A DNA stretch of 63,622 bases, filler included, from Octopus bimaculoides (lineage: Eukaryota): NCBI RefSeq assembly GCF_001194135.2. It is 6 parts of 6 records of this genome, joined end to end, with 100 filler letters (N's around TTAATTAATTAA, not from the genome) between each part and the next. Parts side by side here need not be neighbours in the genome. Positions count along the whole stretch, not along the records: positions 26,785 to 45,464 come from NC_068993.1; positions 45,565 to 53,294 come from NC_069006.1; 4 more parts are not named here. The stretch is one strand, 5' to 3'. Shown piece after piece: positions 40,395-52,579 of the stretch. Positions within the stretch are counted from its first letter, which is position 1. Each line of letters opens with the position of its first letter. The notes beneath the pieces were generated by a model. The model was not told where the DNA came from. It made no database searches and saw only the letters and a program-made list of their open reading frames with translations. The position numbers and the translations under genes were made by a program.

Positions 40395-40526
40395 TATAAA
40401 TATACAATAATCCTTTTGAGATCTCAGAAATTTTTTTCTGAATCTCCTGATTTTTTTAATGTGCTACTTTCCTGGTATTAAATTGATATCCAATTCTTTA
40501 CCCTACTATTTTAAATATATATATAT

Positions 40527-40662
40527 GAGTAACAAAGATGTACAGGTGCTAATTCATTGCGGCCGTTTCAAACGATTCCTTTAATTGATTAATGAAAACA
40601 TCAATTAAAGGCGTCGCTTGAAACAGCCGTAATGAATTGACACCTGTACATCTTTGTTACTC
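40527..40662. repeat. Fold-back inverted repeat, 63-bp arms, 10-nt loop
   Basis: GAGTAACAAAGATGTACAGGTG..TTTAATTGAT-TAATGAAAAC-ATCAATTAAA..CACCTGTACATCTTTGTTACTC. Confidence 0.95.
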
Positions 40663-41067
40663 GTTTATATTTTCTTCGCGTACTCTGGAATCTGTACTTC
40701 GGAAATATTAGAGTAAATATCTTCATACATAGTACGTCTGAACAATCAAGAGCGGATCTTTTCACTAAGTTGGGTCCTGTTATCTGCATACACTGCAAGA
40801 ATATCAAGTACCAACACTTCAACAAACGGGATATATTTTCCGTGACAGAACGCAGTGAGTAGTTTGTTCACCGGTTCGGACATGCCTCAAGGATATTCGG
40901 ACTGATAATAACATTACAATTTTACTATCACTGCTTAGCGCCCCCACCCCCTCTGTAATTTACTTACAGTGAGCCGCCGCACGGCGCTGCCAGTCGCCGT
41001 ATGGCAACTGGAAAAGCATAAGAGAATCAGTCTCTTCAATCAGCTCGCAGCGTCACCTGCCTGGTGT

Positions 41068-41115
41068 CCGTGACTGGAGAGCAGATAACTACTCCGAAAT
41101 GCTTGCATCTCACGG
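41068..41115 (+). ncRNA. Type I hammerhead ribozyme motif, degenerate
   Basis: CCGTGA CTGGAGA GCAG ATAACTA CTCC GAAA TGC TT GCA TC TCACGG. Stem I CCGTGA/TCACGG is perfect, stem III ATGC/GCAT pairs, and predicted cleavage is after C41109. It deviates at core A6G and has one C-C mismatch in stem II. Confidence 0.7.
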
Positions 41116-41261
41116 TATGGGTAAGTGGCACTGCGAGCTGATACAGGTATATACGCACCATTTGTCAACAAACGGGATATATTTTCCGTGACGAAACGCA
41201 GTGAGTAGCTTGTTGACCGGTTCGGACATGCCTCAACCATATTCGGACTGATAATGGCATT

Positions 41262-41420
41262 CTTTTCTACTCTAGGCACAAGGCCCGAAATGTTGGGGGA
41301 GGGGACCAGTCGATTAGATTGACCCCAGTACGGAACTGGTACTTAATTTATCGACCCCGATAGGATGAAAGGCAAAGTCGACCGCAGCGGAATTTGAACT
41401 CGAAACGTAAAGACAGACGA
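41262..41420 (-). mobile_element. SINE family A (head-truncated) inserted in the direct repeat
   Basis: CTCTAGGCACAAGGCCCGAAAT..CTGGTACTTAATTTATCGACCCCGATAGGATGAAAGGCAAAGTCGACC..GGAATTTGAACTC. Confidence 0.9.
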
Positions 41421-41640
41421 TAATAACATTGCAATAAAGATTGATGATAACTTTACAATATCATTTCTCACTGCTTAGCACTCCCACTCTGTAATTTAAT
41501 ATGAATATTTCATTTGTATGAGTGACAAATGCTAAGAAGGGTACGTATTTTGCTTAAGGTACCCTACGAAGAGTTTATTGTTTTCATTTCGAAAACGACC
41601 TGACGACTTTCGCATGAGTAGCTGCTGATAACTCTATACG

Positions 41641-41677
<37 letters not shown>

Positions 41678-42117
41678 ACACACACACACACGCACACACA
41701 CACATATATACACATATGCAAATACATATATAAATACACATGCAAAAACACCCACAAATACACGCACACATATGCATATATATACTAACAATATAGTTGA
41801 TTCAAGTTAGCAGACTATTTTCACTTCTCTACATCACATTTACTTCACAGCTTCGCAAGACACAATGTTACAGCGAAAATATAAGTGAAATGCTATAACT
41901 TAATGCGTATATTGTGTTCTATATTAAAATATTATCGAATGCAGCATTCGGTTACAAAATGGATTTGAAGCGAAAGGGTTTATAAATGTGGTTTTTGCAA
42001 AGAAAAAAACCAATGTCTACCAGGAAAAAAAGGAAACATCAGTATATGATTACATGGTCATATGTATATAAGTGTGAGTATATGTGCGCATACCTATGCA
42101 TATGACATGAATATGTA

Positions 42118-42206
<89 letters not shown>

Positions 42207-44085
42207 NNNNNNNNNNNNNNNNNNNNNNNNNNNNNNNNNNNNNNNNNNNNNNNNNNNNNNNNNNNNNNNNNNNNNNNNNNNNNNNNNNNNNNNNNNNNNN
42301 NNNNNNNNNNNNNNNNNNNNNNNNNNNNNNNNNNNNNNNNNNNNNNNNNNNNNNNNNNNNNNNNNNNNNNNNNNNNNNNNNNNNNNNNNNNNNNNNNNNN
42401 NNNNNNNNNNNNNNNNNNNNNNNNNNNNNNNNNNNNNNNNNNNNNNNNNNNNNNNNNNNNNNNNNNNNNNNNNNNNNNNNNNNNNNNNNNNNNNNNNNNN
42501 NNNNNNNNNNNNNNNNNNNNNNNNNNNNNNNNNNNNNNNNNNNNNNNNNNNNNNNNNNNNNNNNNNNNNNNNNNNNNNNNNNNNNNNNNNNNNNNNNNNN
42601 NNNNNNNNNNNNNNNNNNNNNNNNNNNNNNNNNNNNNNNNNNNNNNNNNNNNNNNNNNNNNNNNNNNNNNNNNNNNNNNNNNNNNNNNNNNNNNNNNNNN
42701 NNNNNNNNNNNNNNNNNNNNNNNNNNNNNNNNNNNNNNNNNNNNNNNNNNNNNNNNNNNNNNNNNNNNNNNNNNNNNNNNNNNNNNNNNNNNNNNNNNNN
42801 NNNNNNNNNNNNNNNNNNNNNNNNNNNNNNNNNNNNNNNNNNNNNNNNNNNNNNNNNNNNNNNNNNNNNNNNNNNNNNNNNNNNNNNNNNNNNNNNNNNN
42901 NNNNNNNNNNNNNNNNNNNNNNNTATATATATATATATATATATTCTTGCCCAAGAAAAGCTATTTTTTGTTGAAGAATTCACAAGACAGCTGAATAAAC
43001 GAAACGAATAGCCAAGAGAAATATGAAAGAAATTATGGAGGAGTCTGTAGAGAACTGCTAAGACTTGGCAACTACAGAGTCAAAAGGTGGAAAGTTACCA
43101 ATACCGGGAGCAAGAGGGAGCGCATAGTGCATATGATTTGCGATTCAACGGAGAAAGATCGCCGTATAAGAGCAATGGTGTTTGCCCTCAGAACTGGCAC
43201 CTTGCGCTTCATGTGTCTTGGGGTTGGGGTATGGAAACTTTGGAATACCGACAAGGGAAAATTTTCCTTACTCCCGGAAACTGTCTGTGACCTTTTATCA
43301 ATCCAAAATAACCTGAGGTTTTCTCAATTTCAGTTGTGTTTTATTTTTGGTTTTTTTTTGGTTTTTTATATATATGTGAATTCAAATATGAATTAGAAGT
43401 AACTCAAGGGATATAAACAATATCGAACACACATACCCACACGGTATATGTTTTCTTCTTCGTGGGTAGGTTGTGCTTATAGGCCTAGGAGAATATATTC
43501 TCATCAATGCACCTGGTGTTAATGCACCTGATAACACAATATCTATACCCACTTATACTGTAAAGTTCTACATGCATTTTCAAGATTCTATTTTTATCCT
43601 TTTGGTAAGAGAGGGATCAACTTTTACACGGCTACTGCAAATGCTTATTTGGACTCAATGTTTAAATTTTATTCCATCTGGAAGTTGTACGTTGTCCATG
43701 GAAAAATTATTGCTGTCATTAAATGTTTTACAAATGTACATATAGGCTGGAGTTGGGGAAGTGTAAATAAACAGCATAAAAATTCATACGCTACAAATGA
43801 TACGCAATATGGAAAACAATATGAAACGTACGAAACTGTCTTAAATTTGAAGAATGCAACAAGAATGACAAAGAGGAAAAGAACATTTTTTTTCATAACT
43901 TTCTCAGAGAAAAGATAGGTGAACAAAATGTACTGTAAAACTTTCAATCACAAACTAATTCACGCATATATGAAAATACCTATATGGTGATAGGGTTCTA
44001 TCCAAATTATTCTGTCCCAAGATATGAAGTTGACAAGTCGTATTATTTCCCTTTCCATTAATAACATGTTTTATAGGCCGAACAT

Positions 44086-44272
<187 letters not shown>

Positions 44273-44679
44273 ATAATGATTTATTACGCTTGGCTTATAT
44301 TTTTACAGATTATATCAAACATTGATTGTAAATCACACACCAAACATTATATGTGGCAGAATATCTCATATGGGTTAATCTATATTTGGCGCTCAAATAT
44401 TCCAGATAAAATGACAAAATTTATTCCGCATTTATTTATTTTTATCTCATTTTCCTCTATTTTTCCCTGTGTAATTTTTTTCTTTCCAATACACCATAAA
44501 TTGCACTCTCATTCTTAATGTTATAAATATATGTAAAACTGATTGCACCAGCCAAACCGTCAACATATTTCTAAGTGGACAGCCACCTCCTCAGACAATA
44601 AGGTTTCAAGAATAACAGTATACATATGTATATATATGTGTGTTTGTGTGTGTGTGTGAGAGAGTGTGTGGGGGAATAA

Positions 44680-44741
<62 letters not shown>

Positions 44742-45047
44742 GCATTATACAATGTATATATATAATATTTATTTATATACACATATATATGTACGTATGT
44801 ATGTATGGATGGAGAGATGGTTAGATGGATGGATGGATGGATGGATGGATGGATGGATGGATAGATATAGGTAAGTACGTATGGGTGCATATGGTCATAT
44901 GAATGTGTATGTATGAATATATGTATACGTGAATATATGTACATATGTATATACATATATGTATGTATATATATATGTGTGTGTATGTGTATGTATGTAC
45001 GTGTGTACACGTGCATAGTTAAGTACGTATGTACGCATATGACCATG

Positions 45048-45113
<66 letters not shown>

Positions 45114-45160
45114 AATATATATATATANNNNNNNNNNNNNNNNNNNNNNNNNNNNNNNNN

Positions 45161-45222
<62 letters not shown>

Positions 45223-45464
45223 TATATATACATATATATACATATATATACATATATATACACACCATCTGTTCTAAGTAGGCTGTGTGTGGCGAAATGA
45301 TTTGTAGGCTGTAATGGCCCAATACAATGCATTTCTTTTCTCTATAACTCGGACATTTACAACATAACATAATCTCTATTTGACTATACACACACACACA
45401 CACACATCGCATATCACATATATACGTATATTCCTGTGTACATATACATTTATATGTGTATGTG

Positions 45465-45564
45465 NNNNNNNNNNNNNNNNNNNNNNNNNNNNNNNNNNNN
45501 NNNNNNNNTTAATTAATTAANNNNNNNNNNNNNNNNNNNNNNNNNNNNNNNNNNNNNNNNNNNN
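45465..45564. other. Artificial 100-bp scaffold spacer with TTAATTAATTAA linker
   Basis: 44 N + linker (45509-45520) + 44 N. Confidence 0.95.
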
Positions 45565-45596
<32 letters not shown>

Positions 45597-45599
45597 CTT

Positions 45600-45855
45600 C
45601 GTTGTGTCTGTGTCTCAGTTTGATTCCCAAAACGGGCTGTGTTGTGTTATTGAGCAAGACACTTTACTTCACGTTGCTCCAGTTTACTCAACTGCAGAAA
45701 TGAGTTGCGACGCTGTATCGGCCCCCTGCCGGAGACTCGTGGACCTTTAGGTGTTTTCGCTCAATAAAAACTCACAACGCCCGGTCTGGGAAACGAAACC
45801 AAGATCCTACGACCGCGAGTCCGCTACTCTAACCACTGGGACATTGCGCCTCCAC
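45600..45855. mobile_element. SINE family D fragment (+, about 45600-45725) abutting a SINE family C head (-, about 45726-45855)
   Basis: TTGAGCAAGACACTTTACTTCACGTTGCTCCAG is followed by the reverse complement of GGAGGCGCAATGTCCCAGTGGTTAG. Confidence 0.8.
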
Positions 45856-46385
45856 ACACACACACACGCACGCACATACATATATGTGTGTGTGTGTGTA
45901 TATATAATATATATATATATATATATGTGTGTGTGTATATATATATATTTATAGTGCAAACAATAGAACAATTGATGGATCGTACATTACAATTTTACAA
46001 TTTTTGATATATATGCAAATGAGTTTCATTTGTAAATTAACAATTTATGCAAATTACGGATCTATGTAAATTAAGGGCAAGTGTTAAATCAGCCATGATA
46101 GAAACGTGGAGTTGTTGTTGGCGGTGGTGGTGGTGGTGGTGGTCATGTTTTATGTCAGTTCTGCTGTCCTGAAGACTATAGTTGGATGCGGTGACACACA
46201 CACACACCAAAGAGGATACGGATGTGTTTGGGGTAGAGTGATAAGGTTAAATTTAGAATTAATATCATTAACGACACGTAAGAATCGTTTTTGTGTGTGA
46301 TAACAGATATCAGATATCTATATGTGTGCGTGTTTGTGTTATGTTCGTACGTGTGTGTGTGAGAGAGAGTCATGTCGGGTGGATA

Positions 46386-47230
46386 CACGATGCGTTCCAG
46401 AAGTATGGAGACTTTTTCTGGAGAGACATTTATTAATTTCAAACAAGTACAATACTGTAATATCTTTAAATGTTGGATCTTCTGACGTCATCCTTACTTG
46501 TTGTAGTACTTCAGCAATTTCATGAAGGCCCCATGGAAGTCCTTCAAGAAGGTGATGTCCAGGACCCTCAGTCACAGCCTCCAGGATCCCCTGACTTCAA
46601 TGCGCTTGTAGCACTCCAGCAAATTCGACTTCATGAAAACCCATGGAAGTCCTTCAAAGTGGAGGTGTTCAGGGGCCAGTCACAACTTCCAGGGTCCCTT
46701 GACTTCAATGCACTTGTAGTGCTCCAGCAACTTCATGCAAGCCTCATGGAAATCCTTCAAAGTGAAGGTTTCCAGGACCATTGACTTAATCTCGGTTATC
46801 TTCTCAATATCTTGAAACCGACGGCCCCTTAGGTCCTTGGTTCCCCTTGGGGGAACAAGCAAAAATCACAGGGAGCAAAGTCTGGACTGTAAGTAGGAGC
46901 GAGGGACTACTTTGAGGCTCATCTCTCACGAGTAGTTAGTTACCAAGATGGACTTGGGAACTGGACTGGAGCATTTTCCGGGTGAAAGTGCTCTGGACTT
47001 TTGCGACCAAATAACTTCCTAAACTCCTTCAAAATTTTCACAAAGTATGTTTTGCTGTCGACTGGCCAGAGGGAACCCAGTGGCTGTAGATTATGTCCTT
47101 GCAGTCGGAAAAAGGAAATCATGAACTCTCCCGTGGACTTGCTTTGCCTGGCTTCTTGTGCTCGATTCATACAAGTTAATTCATATCCTGCCTGGAGCTT
47201 TGCGTAAGTTTTTCTAGCGTTTAGCACAAA
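46386..47230 (-). mobile_element. Mariner remnant (3' half of transposase) with a triplicated C-terminal segment
   Basis: Minus strand: EARQSKS..FMISFF..VDSKTYFVKILKEFRK..HPENAP; YSPDFAPCDFC; KDLRGRRFQDIEKI..KCIEVKG. A putative TIR begins after TA at about 46384. The right boundary is uncertain. Confidence 0.8.
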
Positions 47231-47566
47231 AGTTTATTGCATAGCAACCTTGCAAATTGTCTTCAAGCCCTGACTGCATTCTGCAAACTAGTCAGCTGTG
47301 AGAAGTGGTGTTTAGTAGACTGTATTCAAAGTGGTGCTACAGCCGTCTCCTTCAATCTGGAATAACAAAATTTGGCAGGTCAGCTTATTAGGTATGTAGT
47401 AATGATATACAAAAATAACAATCTAGCTGTCTCTCCTAAACACGTCCCCAAAGCTTTGGAATGGATTTCCTATGTGAAGGAGTGACGTGTAGCACTGGTG
47501 TAATGTGTGTGTTTATATATGTGTATGTCAATGTATCTATATGTGACATACCTTGTATTGTATGTG

Positions 47567-47880
47567 AGGTGGCGGGATGGCAGAATTGTTAGTATGCCGG
47601 ACAAAATGCTTAGCGGACTTTCGTCCGTCCTTACGTTCTGAGTTCAAGTTCCGCCGGTCTATAAAATAAGTACCAGACGAAAACTGGGGTCGATGTAATC
47701 GACTTACCCGCCTCCCAGAAATGGCTGGCCTTGTGGATTCGATTACTCGTCCGGGCGACGCGTTGTGTCCTTCAGCAATGCACTTCATTTCACGTTGCTC
47801 CAGTCGACTCAGCTGGCAAAAATGAGTAACCCTGCAACGGACCAACGTCTCATCCAGGTTTGGTGGGTGGGTGGGGGGCA
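47567..47880 (+). mobile_element. SINE family A fragment fused to a family D-like fragment
   Basis: GGTGGCGGGATGGCAGAATTGTTAG..GTTCTGAGTTCAAGTTCCGCCG, then CACTTCATTTCACGTTGCTCCAGTCGACTCAGCTG. Confidence 0.7.
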
Positions 47881-48880
47881 TAAATGCACCATGAAATCAG
47901 CCCTTACTAGCGGGTGTGACTCGAGAAGGACTCTTCATCTACCTTTTTGTATGTTCGTGTATGTTCGTGCATGTTCGTGCATGTTCGTGGCATTTGTATA
48001 TGTCACTGTATGTGGTATTGATTTTTGTCTGCAGTTTCCTTTATGTGAGTGTGCATTTGTGTTTATGATATACCTAGTGTCATCGCTCTCTCCTTGTGTT
48101 TACATATGTGGGTATATAGTATTGTTACAGTAATCCTTCGCCATATCGCGGTTTATTATTTAAGCTTACGTCGATTCCAAATATTTATATATGTATATAT
48201 ATATATATNNNNNNNNNNNNNNNNNNNNNNNNNNNNNNNNNNNNNNNNNNNNNNNNNNNNNNNNNNNNNNNNNNNNNNNNNNNNNNNNNNNNNNNNNNNN
48301 NNNNNNNNNNNNNNNNNNNNNNNNNNNNNNNNNNNNNNNNNNNNNNNNNNNNNNNNNNNNNNNNNNNNNNNNNNNNNNNNNNNNNNNNNNNNNNNNNNNN
48401 NNNNNNNNNNNNNNNNNNNNNNNNNNNNNNNNNNNNNNNNNNNNNNNNNNNNNNNNNNNNNNNNNNNNNNNNNNNNNNNNNNNNNNNNNNNNNNNNNNNN
48501 NNNNNNNNNNNNNNNNNNNNNNNNNNNNNNNNNNNNNNNNNNNNNNNNNNNNNNNNNNNNNNNNNNNNNNNNNNNNNNNNNNNNNNNNNNNNNNNNNNNN
48601 NNNNNNNNNNNNNNNNNNNNNNNNNGAGGGAAAAGAATAAAAAGACAAAAAAAAAAAGAAAAACATTCCTTTTGAAATTTTTGGGGCTAACTTTGTTTGA
48701 AAATAAAATTTATATGTAAAATCATCTTTTGCCAACCGCTTCTATTAATAAGCATACTTTCTTCACATTACTCAGGGTCGACTTTTCCTTTTAACCTTTG
48801 GGGAGTTGATGAAATAAATACCAATTGAGCAGCAGGGTCGATGTATTCGACTTTCCCCAGCCTGGACTGATTGTATCCTT

Positions 48881-50670
48881 TTATGAAGTATGATCCCTGT
48901 GAACCACCATATGTCTCTTCAGACCCGAAATCGTCAAGCAGTCCCTTTCACACACCATACACGTCAGATCACCCGGTCTGGGACGAAGCACTGTGAATAA
49001 TAAAGTTAATATATGATGGGACTTCAGATGGTCGACATTCCCAGCCTTGAAAGGGAGCAGACGACCACATGTTTCACACCTCCAACACCCTATATACTCA
49101 TAGAAGTTCTGATAACAGCCCCTCCGAAAACAGCGCTTTAAACTTTCGTACTTAAGATGACCCCTTTTTAAAAATTTTACAACTATCCCTTGCACACTTC
49201 CTCCTCTCAGTTCTTCAAAGTTCTTTACGTCGATTCTTTCAGGTTGCCTTCTGTGCAGTTTTTGTACCCTTTTCGGGGATTTGTGCAGAGGACCCTTTCC
49301 ATTACACAGTCCACTGCAGAGTAGCGACTTTTCGATTCCTATTATCTTCCACACGCACACCATGGCCTGCCCAGCGCATTTGAGTAGATGCAATGAGGGA
49401 CTGGACGGTTGTGCCTCCAGCCTTTGCAACCACTTCCGTATCAGGTGGTATACTTTGCTATTTGCTACGCGTCTCAAACAGTATTGACGAAAGCGCTCAA
49501 GAAGCTCCAGATGCCTATTATCTGTTGTCCATATTTCAGATGGTGGAGACGCAATGGCCCAGTGGTTAGGGCAGTGGACTCGCGGTCATAGGATTCCCAG
49601 ACCGGGAATTCTGAGTGTTTATTGAGCGAAAACACCTAAAGCTCCACGAGGCTCCGGCAGGGGAGGGTGGCGAACCCTGCTGTACTCTTTCACTACAACT
49701 TTCTCTCACTCTTTCTTCCTGTTTCTGTTGTACCTGTAATTCAAAGGGACAGCCTTGTTACACTGTGTCACGCTGAATATCCCCGAGAACTACATTAAGG
49801 GTACACGTGTCTGTGGAGTGCTCAGCCACTTGCACGTTAATTTCACGAGCAGGCTGTTCCGTTGATCGGATCAACTGGAACCCTCGACGGAGTGCCAACA
49901 ACAACAACAACATGTTTCAGATGAATACGATAGAGCTATTAGCATGTAAACCTTGTAAACGCTCGGCTTGGCCTTCCTGGTGATGTACAATTTACCCAGA
50001 CTCTCTATTCAAGATCCCGAATTCTACAGATGCTTTCTGAATGTGTAGATACATTTCTGCATCTGGGGAGCCATACATTGACAGCATGTTACTCGGGTAA
50101 ATAAGAGTATCAACTACATCCAACTTTGTATCGTATTCTATGATATATCGCTCAATATACGTTTCGTCTGCTACAGGTGTGAGCATTACCTTAGTCAAGA
50201 TTTGAGGTCAAAGGCCGTACAGCAAAAGGATGCAAGAGTGTGAGGTGGTGTGAAGCAGGAAGTTAACATCAACAGCATAAAGTTCTTTGATCAATGTTTT
50301 AAGTGTTTCCGAATTGAAATTGAACTTTTTCAAATTGAAGACTTTTCCTCTAATTCTCATTTGCCCGAGGACGTTTTTACCATAATCGTGGAATGGATGC
50401 ATGAGCGGAACAACAAAGGATATCGGAAAGTGTGTGTGAGCCAGGATATCGCCTTGCTTTACTCAATGGTTAATCGGAACTTCGTTAAAAACACCCATAG
50501 CCTTTTTGTTTGGTGCAGCCGCTTAAACATACTGACAAACAGTTGTGGCTACCCGGCCTTCACAGTTGTGGGTACCTGGCCTTCACAAAGAGTTTCCACA
50601 TGCCTCTTTGTTAACTATGTCAAACATTTTCGTTAAATCCACAAAGACTTCGTTTATTCGACAAGCAATC
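48881..50670 (-). mobile_element. RTE-clade LINE fragment (RT C-terminal half + two C2H2 zinc fingers), interrupted by a SINE
   Basis: EVFVDLTKMFDIVN, VKQGDILA, LIKELYAVD (YADD region), SMYGS; then GKGP..P.KR..IDVKNFEEL; CETCGRLLPFKAGNVDHLKSH and CMVCERDCLTISGLKRHMVVH. Confidence 0.85.
49545..49911 (+). mobile_element. SINE family C, near full length, with target-site duplication
   Basis: tRNA-like head and (CAA)n tail. TTTCAGATG flanks it at 49534-49542 and 49914-49922. Confidence 0.92.
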
Positions 50671-50721
50671 AGTAGTTACTGCTATTATGTGCATATATTA
50701 AATGCGTGGCTACGTGTGTAT

Positions 50722-50928
50722 ACTCTTTACTCTTTTTACTCTTTTACTTGTTTCAGTCACTTGACTGCGGCCATGCTTGTGCTTTGCAAGCCTAGTACTT
50801 ATTCTATCGGTCTGTTATGCCGAACTGCTAGCTGACGGGGACGTAAACACACATGCATTGGTTGACAAGCGATGTTTGGCGGACAAACACAGACACCCGA
50901 ACATATACACACATACATATATACATAC

Positions 50929-50930
<2 letters not shown>
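50722..50930 (-). mobile_element. SINE family B 3' half
   Basis: (TACTCTTT)n tail, CTTGTTTCAGTCA..TGCGGCCATGCT..GGACAAACACAGAC. Confidence 0.8.
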
Positions 50931-50968
<38 letters not shown>

Positions 50969-52367
50969 AGGTAAGATGTTTTTTGTATATAATATACATG
51001 TTATTATTATGGATGAAGGGATGATTATTGAATGGTTATTATTTTGATATTATGATTTTTTTTTTTAATAATTTTTCTATCTTTATATAATAAGTATTTC
51101 ATATTAATTCATTTGGTACTTATTGTTGGTTGAGATATATNNNNNNNNNNNNNNNNNNNNNNNNNNNNNNNNNNNNNNNNNNNNNNNNNNNNNNNNNNNN
51201 NNNNNNNNNNNNNNNNNNNNNNNNNNNNNNNNNNNNNNNNNNNNNNNNNNNNNNNNNNNNNNNNNNNNNNNNNNNNNNNNNNNNNNNNNNNNNNNNNNNN
51301 NNNNNNNNNNNNNNNNNNNNNNNNNNNNNNNNNNNNNNNNNNNNNNNNNNNNNNNNNNNNNNNNNNNNNNNNNNNNNNNNNNNNNNNNNNNNNNNNNNNN
51401 NNNNNNNNNNNNNNNNNNNNNNNNNNNNNNNNNNNNNNNNNNNNNNNNNNNNNNNNNNNNNNNNNNNNNNNNNNNNNNNNNNNNNNNNNNNNNNNNNNNN
51501 NNNNNNNNNNNNNNNNNNNNNNNNNNNNNNNNNNNNNNNNNNNNNNNNNNNNNNNNNNNNNNNNNNNNNNNNNNNNNNNNNNNNNNNNNNNNNNNNNNNN
51601 NNNNNNNNNNNNNNNNNNNNNNNNNNNNNNNNNNNNNNNNNNNNNNNNNNNNNNNNNNNNNNNNNNNNNNNNNNNNNNNNNNNNNNNNNNNNNNNNNNNN
51701 NNNNNNNNNNNNNNNNNNNNNNNNNNNNNNNNNNNNNNNNNNNNNNNNNNNNNNNNNNNNNNNNNNNNNNNNNNNNNNNNNNNNNNNNNNNNNNNNNNNN
51801 NNNNNNNNNNNNNNNNNNNNNNNNNNNNNNNNNNNNNNNNNNNNNNNNNNNNNNNNNNNNNNNNNNNNNNNNNNNNNNNNNNNNNNNNNNNNNNNNNNNN
51901 NNNNNNNNNNNNNNNNNNNNNNNNNNNNNNNNNNNNNNNNNNNNNNNNNNNNNNNNNNNNNNNNNNNNNNNNNNNNNNNNNNNNNNNNNNNNNNNNNNNN
52001 NNNNNNNCGTACCACATCTCAACATGAAATATTTTGAACTTGAACCTGTTAAAACACCTGATAAAATGCTGGAATGAACATCAGACCAGACTCTAATTAA
52101 AGACCAGCAGATTCCTTTGGAAGCATCAGATTGAGATATGGGTAATTTGGCTATCATATATCCACGATTCTACACGCCCAGCTACATATATAGCCAGTCG
52201 GGCCACCGTCTTGGCACCTGGTCTATGGCAGGCATCTCATTTCGCAATAATTATCTTTCATTTGCCATTTTCCAGCATCCTTTCTGTCTGCGTGCGTTTC
52301 TCTTGTATATCCGTATCTATCTATCTGTCTGTCTGTCTATATATATATATATACATATATATATTCT

Positions 52368-52578
52368 GTTATTCTTTTATTTGCTTTAGTCATTTGACTG
52401 CGGTCATGCTGGAGCACCGCCTTTAGTCGAACTAATCGACCCCAGGACTTATTCTTTGTAAGTCTAGTACTTATTCTATCGATCTTCTTGCCGAACAGCT
52501 AAGTTACAGGGACGTAAACACATCAACATCGGTTGTCAAGCGATGATGGAGGGACAAACACAGATACACACGCACACC
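52368..52578 (-). mobile_element. SINE family B 3' half
   Basis: TTTAGTCATTTGACTGCGGTCATGCTGGAGCACCGCCTTTAGTCG..GGTTGTCAAGCGATG..GGACAAACACAG. Confidence 0.85.
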
Positions 52579-52579
52579 A

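Larger units (their letters stand above)
40820..41500 (+). mobile_element. Partial tandem repeat (346-bp period) carrying a hammerhead motif; PLE pseudo-LTR or retrozyme-like
   Basis: CAACAAACGGGATATATTTTCCGTGAC..CGGTTCGGACATGCCTCAA..ATATTCGGACTGATAAT occurs at 40820 and 41166. The second unit continues after a family A SINE (about 41262-41420) as TCACTGCTTAGC..CTCTGTAATTTA. Confidence 0.75.

Noticed and set aside
52060-52157. Possible next PITRM1 exon (LIRVWSDV versus human QLWSEI)
   Set aside because: There is no similarity upstream of the Trp, no suitable phase-0 acceptor, and it lies across an artificial join.
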